Assembly (NCBI GenBank): GCA_046153645.1 | Contig: JBJXGI010000089.1 | Span: 1-49,982 of the forward strand | Source: Elusimicrobiota bacterium | Lineage (GTDB): Bacteria; Elusimicrobiota; Elusimicrobia; F11 | Direction: 5' to 3' | DNA: 49,982 bases | In this document: positions 29,301-36,510 of the stretch, in pieces | How the letters are laid out: each line of letters opens with the position of its first letter | How positions within the stretch are numbered: position 1 is the stretch's first letter | Position numbers and translations under genes: made by a program | The notes under the pieces: model-generated | Seen by the model: the letters and a program-made list of their open reading frames with translations, nothing else | What the model was told of the DNA's origin: nothing | Databases searched by the model: none

Positions 29301-30399
29301 AATAAATTCAAACGATATATGGTCGGGAGCACTTTCTGATGCCGATAAGGAATTAACTACAAGAAGGCCAAAACCGGGCGAAGATGCCCCTGGATCCATG
29401 TTTGGCTTGCCCCGTATTGACCCCATGTTGGAACTTCCTTTTTATTCAGGAATTTCACTCTCATTTATTTTACCGTGGTTAGCGGCGACATTGAACTTAA
29501 CTGAAAATATCAATGTTCTGTTAACTCTCGGATTTATTGGAGCCATTTTAGGGTTTTTCGTTACAAAACATATTTTTGGTCCTCTTTCATTAGCGCTTCA
29601 CGAAAAATATGGCTTTAAAACTCTTCGAGATAAATATCCACAATTACGAAAATTTGACCTTCGCGAACAATCAAAATTTATTTTCAAAACACTCAACAAA
29701 CTAACACTGCTTTCGCTTTTTATTTTTGTTTCAGTTCCGCTCTTTTTACCACAGATGAGCGACTGGGCCTCTATTTTATTCCCCACTTTTGATGGCAACG
29801 TGCCTCAATTATTTTTGGGTGGTGTTATAAGAGCGCTTATCTTAAATTTCATTGTTCATGAAAGGGGAAATATTAAATTTATTATCAATCAACATGTGAC
29901 CGAATATCGAATTGAAGCCCTTCGTCAAAAATCGCCCCACCGGATGATTTTAATTCCGTCATCTAATTTAAAGAAATTTGCCGAAACCGTAAAACATGTT
30001 TCTGCTTTGTTATCGGCTCAAACAGAAAAATCTCAGGAATTAATGTTATTACTCACTTCTGAACAAAAAGAATGGGAATCTGATTTACAAAAACTTTCTT
30101 TACCTCAACAAATAACCATCGTCTATCAAGAAAATATCAGCGATAAAAAATTATTTGAAAATACTCTTCTTACTGAGGTTTCAGGAGGAAGGACCTTTGT
30201 CACATTTATCCTTCCCCCTGACCCCATTATTTCAGATGAGGTGGCATTAAATATTTCTCATTATTCAGCTGATCCAGTTTATAGCGACAACATCAGAATT
30301 AAATTCTTGAATGTGATTAAAAATGCACTCAAAAACATTCGACCAGGAAAACTAATTGATGTGATTAGGCAATTAACAGCTGGCCAAACAAATGCCTAA
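20350..30399 (+). CDS. Giant (3349 aa) secreted/membrane multidomain protein
   Basis: Uninterrupted 10-kb ORF; signal peptide ending SAHA; QDIH/LEG/KRSEKM/GGFH motif set; two TM clusters; internal duplicated domain; Pro-rich linkers. Confidence 0.9.
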   Translation: MLKKISSLILTLLYTFMQVVSAHAAETSLWAERKNHFQNKNSEAQTSPINLKNLTLPLFYNQRFINLGFAESHPVQTIPQDIVSIQEIHKGSQKNFVFLIQDIHQHTQAQEIIAKTIQTISKNSTQEIMIALEGAHGLFDFEPFRYLTTPEITKKIAKNFLNEKRISGAAYAGLTMEAPLPQFMGVDDPLLYSDHVKAVQDVEKNKKNFENQIIKSKIELTENFSQLNPHLQQLLTIKQEYMKGKLSLSAYINEFHTYSKVKIPAELNSFNRTAEIEKSLHFQTIENERKKAFDLLFSKLTEAESKTFIQKIWGFKEGKISSSQFYSDFFQLLRNKNIKKENYSALLQYTVYLENIDSLQISKVLEELDAYQTAVVEEYATTSFEHAYIREEKTVSLLEKLLNFSLTMNEWQQYKKEKNAPSFLIENKFSDVSLFEKFYELADKRSEKMAVNLLASSKTAQNAILVTGGFHTEEILNELKKQGSSYVILQPKISHVNEINGSDYLSVFTREKTPLDKLMMGDKLFLTNGAELIGSPNNMARPVSVLFRSIQIWILAQSHKGIFSRQGFVIRLLKTGIEITDQLFLSVLFLSKNPDKNSETVQTPEGILHVKAAPLTSEKTYEWAEKRGFSKRFAEVWVAFWKEAYDVFTANYLDKAHNHINDWQRTKRSWGLRLIWLSGFMGAALTAYLFSSALNNITQNKWFTYLALIAIAENILIASDLRARLIKDKNNIHKFIYYPMNFVFSLIALPAIIPGTIVHFFWNVIFKSAPLTSTPKFEITDKTRDIFKKSIGNEALFFLADFINDELMEIADSYYSGDTINQLDKALEKIKRISGKRKKFNEPGVNIGDNMRLIWEALRDAKYPIGDIILPRYSGTLDPLVQEWIDHYTHEEFLTPKLSPNFLATNKGKILSMMGLDFPKKQEDLEPKHQALFPEVVPETSTEVFDKKLKPLIKNGLENPKKESALFIYFGLGTALPLAETLLSIEKVTIIGISRENIWYLLQSIDYQYIQWGLTEEQRKTVLKRLTIEIKDPFGIIDAFTTNFKHEIVNFKKYLEEAGKKPQAKIVKEKIKKFYRTRFFELIKKLEDVSWELINSNQKFDYIISENTHFYFISLIKNIYSQTAGKTYPQNLQEDQNFIGTFLGPIALGKLTKLFQDHAHDETKIFFAEANGKIQIKPLTDNSGYEIGDHSTINDFLGLLYPLFTIFPLGIWPWPLDLEKLTKETSASLINGFIFKKIKAAPSDKEEVEKPIYKERQISREDKTMLISELKKYNLTLPEDIITALLKLPYAQISLEGVDLIAKTESGSLVVTNENALQILFALQKVDDERFKKDFYGLKIPRYMDNEGARISFHRWRAVQNHTTLIPTQRIIRLHELNRRKVIEKLLEIETSQVRELDELYDPLFLKDASFGDIEKQKKELRELAKQYFSNPIDKKVLFNIFDQDDSFALLEAVLKHKEVHIADWNDLVLREKTIPELVLQMKAIGLKPTEIKTLLKRLRFHIQDLSGFITEFSEKLSKIVEEGKANYDAAINSIASEPKEKSSAKNTYLGPKPRNMGEAAKFLFDQKAKSPKPLSQVSPEKTLELMRDKILDLIKEIKFSGWAPEGTEKFDLVIHSTYVTHVMEMMGKIIAFELIYDDTFSEELFDDYRPYIMSAIRKKLKNFIDIQMELFDKLMAKNGRSVIFDYNGRVTVFLDDNKFKIVKNPGTDEFFNGLKNNFNVEQVDEWPFIHTEVSNKTPANGLSATALFFSNKSIESPRIEIDAVKPENTEVKPVELEAAPLTPRAPKTPIQTSGGIINPLPRTSGKVKAITSGKPGTPLKPKSVGDTSPVAVNETIPEPDPDYVRIGNNSEPPFFIIEGPIPLIVDDGAIQVTGPLANTVTIMGPVVLGFTVADATLNESKPPTPKQVRQIPELFSPNTVDDQNLLLKIAIEIIPDFSDLIPGFDFSWVYSYADKLLQNVDLKSRESAEADIRDSLMGMLETAVTFLEFYPKGNLTEAISIHLQKLIEAWEKVIEAGKNGTEIIVDHYEITEQTLSSFTPDLPEIFINNFSEDDQNYLKHPRQNNLREPLENIYWNLKTREDDADDQEIFKVLKVFIQYRVESGMLSSDERVVYANEFLSFIAMNTDLSIDSILSIAQQYEEFLRSNFSDRKQIYPLAILESFRENLTPDPEKYLVQLEDENFTPPEETEEEIQKRIDRKDIEIMVLRKLIFFSALFKSEDETTKFTNDFVRFIQEIKEANNRDLTKPEIEFLADLTLQFMTHFLKHKEFSATSVPYYIFKKLKNIILTINETPNLETLKQETINKHFGEWEISILADIKTATDRANDLMSILKQATNSLPPEQQKRHMQAIVIKALAIINGGEEVISLENSDLDLELIQSAAQQMADYVKNNIEGQGDGTHTMPLEIFNRLFKNWSADDGKTDVKLPETTEELAPVAASPDKADEKATVDAATLPNTVATLPVVEQIIEPQGPAAPIQVQTETNPLPPFETGIIAKVNEAIDQVSPETELGFRDNFSQIMIQFLKPYADKIKMDLDFVVPLSLYLFEMGVSAENQGLPYILGVKRVLRITHEYFQTDSFTSNVERIKNTTDYLAGSFSNTFSPDIKQLLSRNSQTYLQKNDTPLVTINKFEELVDTLLQLVPPQDRNEFNKTRFINEITSLIRKTIAGEAAIPMTEEQINSLFNFVLWGIALMNNPPLPKVVEFIAILMPKLKLLPEINEDALEILIRTAIDETEIVCARILYLNTETRKALDSEEGKPYLNFFDLIGQIILSKTTTHIEDQDRIKFITSNLINIKVQNTLLRNNPEKMTLLLTEIIAALNANPNSKLNDIAVIVMTVSIKLASYWRDLSEITSFKSLIQEGIKEAIKYSESWELLKSPIKKNLFQINGTPVIMALLKFLKETYSHMPKNNTDKAKEGIRYLTVHIFDQFSSDKSTLQEVLEFLTTQLETNPRIGTKLFAEAAKKYITALATLLNDGKGFSQINSNDIWSGALSDADKELTTRRPKPGEDAPGSMFGLPRIDPMLELPFYSGISLSFILPWLAATLNLTENINVLLTLGFIGAILGFFVTKHIFGPLSLALHEKYGFKTLRDKYPQLRKFDLREQSKFIFKTLNKLTLLSLFIFVSVPLFLPQMSDWASILFPTFDGNVPQLFLGGVIRALILNFIVHERGNIKFIINQHVTEYRIEALRQKSPHRMILIPSSNLKKFAETVKHVSALLSAQTEKSQELMLLLTSEQKEWESDLQKLSLPQQITIVYQENISDKKLFENTLLTEVSGGRTFVTFILPPDPIISDEVALNISHYSADPVYSDNIRIKFLNVIKNALKNIRPGKLIDVIRQLTAGQTNA

Positions 30400-30519
30400 T
30401 CTAACTCTAAACAACTCACATCCTTAGTGGAAATTTCTTTACAATAGTTTTACTGACCCCTTTTTTACGCCTGAACGACCCACCATAAAATCTCTCCATT
30501 CAATTTCAAGGAGAGTAAA

Positions 30520-31215
30520 ATGAAATTATTATCTAGAGCCATTATTATTGTATTGGGATTTTCGTCTCTGTGTTATTGCCAAGAAAAGCCGTCTCTTCCA
30601 GAGCGAGAAATATATTTGGGACTCTTGCTGCCCAATGTAGGCCTTAATTCCGATTTTAGCGGAGACAAAGCCTTTATCGGTAGTTATGGAGGACACACGG
30701 TTGATTTTGTCACAACCGTCCCTCGTATTGACCGTTCTTTTGGTTGGGGAGGAACGCTTGGTTTTAAAAAATATGTTGATCCACAGTTCGCCATTGGTGC
30801 CGAAGCCAACTATATCCAAACCAAACACGATACTCGTTGGCTGGATTTAAATGACACGGCCACGTATCAAAATTTTTCAACTGATTTCAAAGCCTATTTT
30901 AACGCGAGTCAAAAAATTCAACCCGTTGCTCGTCTTGGAATTGGATTTAACACGTTATCTTTGAAAAAAGGCTACATTGACCAAAATTCAACTAAAAAGA
31001 TTTCATACTTAGGAATGAACTTCAATTTAGGATTTGGGGTGGCTTATTATCCAAACGATAAATGGGGATTTCAGTTCACAACCATTTACCGGCCAACTAA
31101 ATTCAACAGAATCGATCTTGATGGCGTTCGTGAATTACCTGAAGACTTAAAATCAAACAGCGTAGATTTTGAATTTGGTGTTGTTCGACGATTTGTTATA
31201 GGGAAAAAAAGCTAA
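30520..31215 (+). CDS. Outer-membrane beta-barrel protein (OmpA-like 8-strand type)
   Basis: Signal peptide; alternating beta-strand pattern (FGWGGTLGF, QPVARLGIGF, GMNFNLGFGVAYY, FEFGVVRRF); SD AAGGAG. Confidence 0.8.
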   Translation: MKLLSRAIIIVLGFSSLCYCQEKPSLPEREIYLGLLLPNVGLNSDFSGDKAFIGSYGGHTVDFVTTVPRIDRSFGWGGTLGFKKYVDPQFAIGAEANYIQTKHDTRWLDLNDTATYQNFSTDFKAYFNASQKIQPVARLGIGFNTLSLKKGYIDQNSTKKISYLGMNFNLGFGVAYYPNDKWGFQFTTIYRPTKFNRIDLDGVRELPEDLKSNSVDFEFGVVRRFVIGKKS

Positions 31216-31223
31216 AAAAGAAA

Positions 31224-31334
31224 CCTCACCCACCCCTCTCCTAAAAGGAGAGGAGAAACTATCCTAATTCCCGAAAAGAGAAGAGGAAAGTCTATCCCCT
31301 CTCCCGCTTTAGCGGGAGAGGGTTAGGGTGAGGG
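31224..31334. repeat. Inverted pair of BoxC-like purine/pyrimidine palindromic repeats between convergent genes
   Basis: CCTCACCCACCCCTCTCC-TAAAA-GGAGAGG (from 31224) and CCCCTCTCCCGC-TTTA-GCGGGAGAGGGTTAGGGTGAGGG (31296-31334). Confidence 0.75.
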
Positions 31335-31342
31335 CTATGTAA

Positions 31343-33997
31343 TTATTTATCTCGAAGTGCGACTTTTTGTTTCCCTTCAATCACGGCTTGAGCCGCGGCA
31401 AGTCTGGCAATCGGCACTCGGAAAGGACTGGCTGAGACATAAGAAAATCCTGAACGGTGACAGAATTTCACTGACTCTGGATCTCCGCCATGTTCTCCAC
31501 AGATTCCCACTTTTAAGTCTTTCTTCACTTTACGGGACGTTGTGACCGCATGGTTAATGAGTTTTCCAACTCCGGATTGATCCAGAGTCTGGAACGGATC
31601 TTCTTTAAATATTTTTTTATCAAGATAAACCTTAATGAATCTAGCGGCGTCATCTCGAGAAAAACCAAGTGTCATTTGGGTGAGGTCATTGGTTCCAAAG
31701 GAAAAGAACTGCGCAATTCCCGCCACTTCATCGGCCACCATTGCAGCACGCGGAACTTCAATCATGGTTCCAACGGTATATGCAACTTTGATTCCTTTGT
31801 CTTTCATGACTTGTTGCGCCACGCTATCAATAATGGCTTTCTGATCTTTTAATTCATTGGCGAACCCAACGAGAGGCACCATAATTTCTGGAATACATTT
31901 AATTTTTTCTAGAGCCAATTCTGCGGCAGCGGTAATAATCGCACGCGACTGCATTTCTGTAATTTCAGGATAAGTAATACCCAATCGGCAACCGCGGTGA
32001 CCTAACATGGGATTAAACTCATGTAAGTCTTTGGCTTTATTCCAAATTTTATCTTTAGATACGTTGATTTTTTTGGACAATACTTCCGCGTCTTCTTCGG
32101 TTTTGGGTAAAAACTCATGTAAGGGTGGATCAATCAAACGAATGGTGACTGGCAACCCTTTCATTTCTTTGAATAAACCTTTGAAGTCTTCTTTTTGGAA
32201 GTGGAAAAGCTTATCGAGAGCCACACGACGAGTGGCTTCGTCATCAGCCACAATCATTTCTTGCATGATGGGTAAACGATCTTCAGCAAAAAACATGTGT
32301 TCCGTTCGGCAAAGCCCAATTCCTTCGGCTCCAAAATTCATCGCTTGGACGGCGTCGCGAGGAATATCGGCATTGGCACGAACTTTGAGCGTTCGAATGG
32401 CATCGGCCCATTTCATAAATTCACCAAATTCTCCGGAAAGTTCTGGTTCTTTGAGGAGCACTTTTCCATCAATAACGCGTCCTGTTCCACCATCAATGGT
32501 GAGCCAATCATTTTCTCGAACAATGGTTCCATTAATGCTGAATTGTTTGGCTTCTTCATCCACTCGAATAGATTCACAACCAGACACGCAAGGTTTACCC
32601 ATGCCACGCGCCACAACAGCAGCGTGAGAAGTCATTCCGCCACGAGCGGTTAAAATACCCTTGGCAGCGTCCATTCCATGAATGTCATCGGGATTGGTTT
32701 CGGTTCTTACCAAAATCAAAGGTTCAGTGGTCCCTCTTTCGGCGGCCACATCAGCGGTAAATACCACGCGACCTGTCGCTGCACCTGGAGAAGCGGGGAG
32801 ACCGGAAGTTAACACTTTGAGTTTGGCCGAAGTATCAATAATAGGATGGAGTAATTGATTGATTTGAATGGGATCAACGCGCATGAGCGCTTCTTCTTTG
32901 GTGATGAGCTTTTCTTTGACCATCGCCACTGCAATTTTTACTGCCGATTGCGCGGTGCGTTTACCAGCTCGAGTTTGAAGCATGTAGAGTTTCCCTTTTT
33001 CAAAGGTAAACTCGAAGTCTTGAATATCGCGGTAATGTTTTTCTAAACGAGAAGTAATAGCGCGAAGCTCAGCATAAACTTTGGGCATGTCCTTTTGAAG
33101 CTCATTAATAGGTTTAGGGGTTCTAATACCAGCCACCACATCTTCACCTTGCGCGTTGGTGAGATATTCACCATAGAATTCTTTATCTCCGGTGGATGGA
33201 TTTCGAGTAAAACCAACACCCGTTCCTGAGTCATTACCCATATTTCCGAATACCATTGATTGAACGTTAACAGCGGTTCCTAAATTGTCGTCAATTCTAT
33301 TGAGTCGACGATAGGTAATAGCGCGTTCGTTCATCCAAGATTTAAATACGGCATTCCTTGCACCAACCAATTGTTCCCAGGTATCTTGAGGGAAATCGCG
33401 ACCGGTGGTTTTCTTGAAAAGTGCTTTAAAGCGGGCCACGGCTTCTTTTAAATCGTCAGCGGTTAAATCAGTATCGCCTTGAACCCCTTTGGCCCTTTTA
33501 ATGGCGTCAAGTTCGTGTTCACATTTTTCCTTTGGAACTTCAAACACCACATCGCCGAACATCATGATAAAACGACGGTAAGCGTCCCAAGCAAAACGAG
33601 CATTGCCTGTGGCTTTGGCCAAACCTTCAACGGATTCATCATTAAGACCAAGGTTTAAAATAGTGTCCATCATGCCAGGCATAGAAAATTTTGCACCGGA
33701 TCTGACTGAAACAAGAAGGGGGAAATTTTTATCTCCAAATTTTTTGCCGGCCATTTTTTCTAACTTAATCATGCCTTCTTTCATTTGTCCTTCAAACTCT
33801 TTAGGAAGTTTTTTCCCGTTGGCATAATAATATCGACACACATCAGTCGTAATTGTAAAACCAGGAGGAACAGGAACTCCGGCAGATGACATTTCAGCTA
33901 AACCGGCCCCTTTTCCACCTAACAAATCTTTCATTTTTCCATTTCCGTCGGCTTTTCCGCCTCCGAAAGAGTAAACATATCTCACCTTCTTGGCCAT
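31343..33997 (-). CDS. ppdK: Pyruvate, phosphate dikinase
   Basis: LLGGKGAGLAEM, LVSVRSGA, GGMTSHAAVVARG, GIGLCRTEHMF, SFGTNDLTQ, GICGEHGG. Start placed at ATG 33997 (MAKKV) with SD AAGGAG rather than GTG 34030. Confidence 0.97.
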   Translation of the reverse strand: MAKKVRYVYSFGGGKADGNGKMKDLLGGKGAGLAEMSSAGVPVPPGFTITTDVCRYYYANGKKLPKEFEGQMKEGMIKLEKMAGKKFGDKNFPLLVSVRSGAKFSMPGMMDTILNLGLNDESVEGLAKATGNARFAWDAYRRFIMMFGDVVFEVPKEKCEHELDAIKRAKGVQGDTDLTADDLKEAVARFKALFKKTTGRDFPQDTWEQLVGARNAVFKSWMNERAITYRRLNRIDDNLGTAVNVQSMVFGNMGNDSGTGVGFTRNPSTGDKEFYGEYLTNAQGEDVVAGIRTPKPINELQKDMPKVYAELRAITSRLEKHYRDIQDFEFTFEKGKLYMLQTRAGKRTAQSAVKIAVAMVKEKLITKEEALMRVDPIQINQLLHPIIDTSAKLKVLTSGLPASPGAATGRVVFTADVAAERGTTEPLILVRTETNPDDIHGMDAAKGILTARGGMTSHAAVVARGMGKPCVSGCESIRVDEEAKQFSINGTIVRENDWLTIDGGTGRVIDGKVLLKEPELSGEFGEFMKWADAIRTLKVRANADIPRDAVQAMNFGAEGIGLCRTEHMFFAEDRLPIMQEMIVADDEATRRVALDKLFHFQKEDFKGLFKEMKGLPVTIRLIDPPLHEFLPKTEEDAEVLSKKINVSKDKIWNKAKDLHEFNPMLGHRGCRLGITYPEITEMQSRAIITAAAELALEKIKCIPEIMVPLVGFANELKDQKAIIDSVAQQVMKDKGIKVAYTVGTMIEVPRAAMVADEVAGIAQFFSFGTNDLTQMTLGFSRDDAARFIKVYLDKKIFKEDPFQTLDQSGVGKLINHAVTTSRKVKKDLKVGICGEHGGDPESVKFCHRSGFSYVSASPFRVPIARLAAAQAVIEGKQKVALRDK

Positions 33998-34019
33998 AAC
34001 TTCATTCTCCTTTATAAAT

Positions 34020-34086
34020 AAAAAAACCACCTCTAGCTGGGTGTCCTTCGAACAACGTCTCTTCGAAGAACCCCAACCAGAGGTGG
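34020..34086 (-). terminator. Long hairpin plus U-tract immediately upstream of the ppdK SD
   Basis: CCACCUCUGGUUGGG-G-UUCUUCGAA (9-nt loop) UUCGAAGGA-CA-CCCAGCUAGAGGUGG-UUUUUUU on the minus strand. Confidence 0.65.
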
Positions 34087-34121
34087 GTTTCGACTAAAAC
34101 GATTCGACTAGCTTTAGGCTG

Positions 34122-34820
34122 TTATTTTTTAACCGCGTCTTTGGCTTGGTTGGTTAAGTTTTCAAGCTCTCTACCGAGTTGATCACTTTCTTCACCAAGA
34201 GTATCGGTTGCCGACCCGAGGCTAGACTCAAAATCTGGCAATGAAGGTACATTACCAATTTGTTGCTGCGCTGCAAAGCGGGCAAGTAAACCTAATGTGA
34301 ATAAGAAAGCAAAAAGAATGCCGCAAATAACCCAGGTTCTGACTTTAGGTGTTTCCATGACAACAGTGATTCCATAAATCATAACCAAGGTTGCCCAAAC
34401 ATTAATGATAATCGCAAGAGCTTGACCTACTTTTGGAATCGGAGCCAACAGAGCCGAAAGAGGAGAAAAAGCCGCTAAAACAGCCAAGAGGCGATACGAA
34501 GTTTTATATTGGGAAGCTGTTCCTTTTAAGAAACCATCAACAAGGCCCCAGATAATGAATGCGCCAACAAAACTTCCAAGAACTGAGACAAGCGGAACAA
34601 TCACGACCGCTAACCATGTTGTTGCTTTAGAAGCGGCAACCAGAGGATTTGGGAAAATGGTTCCCATAATCGCTGAAATAAGCCCACTTATTAATCCCAT
34701 CACCAAAACAAAAATAATCGCTGGTTTAATTGAAGTGTCTGCGCCTTGTTGTTTAACTTCTTCCATTGCCGCTTTTGGTTTAAGCCAAGCAGAAATAAAC
34801 TTCCCTATGATGTTGCCCAT
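34122..34820 (-). CDS. Yip1-family membrane protein
   Basis: Five TM helices; WLKPKAAMEEV, GTASQYKTSYRLLA, YGITVV; SD AAGGAG. Confidence 0.8.
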   Translation of the reverse strand: MGNIIGKFISAWLKPKAAMEEVKQQGADTSIKPAIIFVLVMGLISGLISAIMGTIFPNPLVAASKATTWLAVVIVPLVSVLGSFVGAFIIWGLVDGFLKGTASQYKTSYRLLAVLAAFSPLSALLAPIPKVGQALAIIINVWATLVMIYGITVVMETPKVRTWVICGILFAFLFTLGLLARFAAQQQIGNVPSLPDFESSLGSATDTLGEESDQLGRELENLTNQAKDAVKK

Positions 34821-34846
34821 CGTTTTGTCTCCTTATATATGCTTAT

Positions 34847-35536
34847 TTAATTTTCTTTTTTTAAAAAAGTGTGAATTCCACATTCTGTTTTTTGCGTCCC
34901 CGTCCATCTGCCACTTCTTTCTCCCTGATCTCCAGGAAGAGCGGTACAAGGTTCGCAACCAATACTGGTATAACCTTTATCCCAAAGTGGATGAAACGGC
35001 AATCCATGCTGTTTCATGTAATTGAATAAATCTTTGCCGCTCCAATTGGCCAATGGATGAACTTTTAGCAAACCTGAGCCATACAATTCAACAATTTTAA
35101 TATCTTTTCGCATTGAACCTTGCGAGCGTCGGAGGCCAGCCACCCAACAATCAAGACCTTTTAGAGACTGCTCCATCAACGAAACCTTACTGTCATCACA
35201 GCATACACCGGTATAAGACTTATTTTCTAGGTTTTTTTTTGTTTTTTCTATCTGTTCTGGGCTTGCTTTAAACTCTAGCACATTCAAATTGAACTGTTTT
35301 CTCAAATCGTTTACAAATTGGATCGTTTCTTTAAATAGGAAACCTGTATTCAAAAACAAAATAGGGATCTTCGGATCGATCTGAACGGCCATATGAATTA
35401 AAGCCGTACTTTGCCCTCCAAAAGAAGAAGAAAGCGCAATTTGAGGAGAATAAGTTTTAATCGCCCAAGAGAGAATTTCTTGCGGTGTTGACGTTTCAAA
35501 CTTCGTATTTAATTGATCCAACTGATCTTCATTCAT
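34847..35536 (-). CDS. cysH: (Phospho)adenylyl-sulfate reductase, Fe-S type
   Basis: SSSFG, LNTGFLFKET, CC..K, WVAGLRRSQ, GYTSIGCEPCT, ERSGRW, ECGIH. Confidence 0.93.
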   Translation of the reverse strand: MNEDQLDQLNTKFETSTPQEILSWAIKTYSPQIALSSSFGGQSTALIHMAVQIDPKIPILFLNTGFLFKETIQFVNDLRKQFNLNVLEFKASPEQIEKTKKNLENKSYTGVCCDDSKVSLMEQSLKGLDCWVAGLRRSQGSMRKDIKIVELYGSGLLKVHPLANWSGKDLFNYMKQHGLPFHPLWDKGYTSIGCEPCTALPGDQGERSGRWTGTQKTECGIHTFLKKEN

Positions 35537-35540
35537 TAGC

Positions 35541-35680
35541 CAAGCTCCAAATTACAATTGCCAAATATCAAACAAATTCCAAAATACAATCATCATCTCT
35601 CCGATCTTCACCCGAATGACGAATTGTTTTTTCGGGTTTGGTATTTGTTTGTAATTTGTTATTTGTCATTTGATATTTTT
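35541..35680. repeat. Heptamer-repeat inverted element, copy 1
   Basis: Left arm CAAATTACAATTGCCAAATATCAAACAAATTCCAAAATACAA; right arm TTTGGTATTTGTTTGTAATTTGTTATTTGTCATTTGATATTT; central CCCGAA..TTCGGG. Confidence 0.7.
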
Positions 35681-36510
35681 CTTTTACTTAACAGCGGTTC
35701 CAGCAATTCATCGGGCACTGAAAAATTTCCAGCTCCGACACCAATTTTTATTTGAGGCTTATTTTCTCCATGAAAGTCTGAACCACCGGTTCTAATAAAA
35801 TCATATTTGGTGCACATCCGATCGAAAAAGGAAGTTTGATATTCGTTATACATCGGATAAATAGCTTCTAATCCGTCCAAGCCCCATTCTTTCCAAACAG
35901 TTAAACTTTTCTCAAGTTCTTCACCGGAACGCCTTAAAAGGCCTGGGTGAGCCACTGAGGTTACTGCACCCGCCTCCTGGAGCAAGTTAATCCCTTCTTT
36001 TAAAGGAATCTCTTCTTTAGGGAAATACGCACTCCCCGTAGGGCTTAAAAAACGCTCGAAAGCCTCTGGGATACTTTGAACAATGCCTTTATTAAGAAGA
36101 ACTCGTGCAATATGAGGTCGCCCCATGGGCGCATGACCTGAAATAGAAAGCACTTCTTCTTCATTTATCGCAACCCCTACCGATTGTAGTTTGCGAATCA
36201 TTTTTCCATTTCGGACGATTCTCTCTTCTCTCAAATATTTCAATCGTTGCTCTAAGTTCACTTTTGATCCATCTAAAAAATAACCTAACAAATGAACGGT
36301 TTGGCCTTTTTCTTTTGTACTCAACTCAATTCCTGGAATAACCATCGCATTGTTTTTTTTACCCCATGCCTTAATTTCTTCATGGCGGTCTATGGTATCG
36401 TGATCGGTAATAGCAAAAGCTTTGAGTTTCATATCGAGACATGTTTGTAGAACTTTATCCCAAGTCCATGTTCCATCCGAATCGGTTGTATGAAGTTGAA
36501 GATCAATCAT
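35659..36510 (-). CDS. PHP-domain phosphoesterase (TrpH/YciV, COG0613)
   Basis: DLQLHTTDSDG, AITDHD, GIELST, HLLGY, GRPHIAR, AHP, TGGSDFHG. Confidence 0.92.
   Translation of the reverse strand: MIDLQLHTTDSDGTWTWDKVLQTCLDMKLKAFAITDHDTIDRHEEIKAWGKKNNAMVIPGIELSTKEKGQTVHLLGYFLDGSKVNLEQRLKYLREERIVRNGKMIRKLQSVGVAINEEEVLSISGHAPMGRPHIARVLLNKGIVQSIPEAFERFLSPTGSAYFPKEEIPLKEGINLLQEAGAVTSVAHPGLLRRSGEELEKSLTVWKEWGLDGLEAIYPMYNEYQTSFFDRMCTKYDFIRTGGSDFHGENKPQIKIGVGAGNFSVPDELLEPLLSKRKISNDK

Noticed and set aside
32007..32653. Long antisense ORFs within ppdK, and similar short shadow ORFs across the window
   Set aside because: They lie opposite or inside well-supported genes and carry no recognisable motifs.
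35541..35680. CRISPR array or the 65-aa ORF 35558-35755
   Set aside because: Units are about 7 nt and degenerate with no spacers; no cas genes; the ORF is a translation of the repeat.
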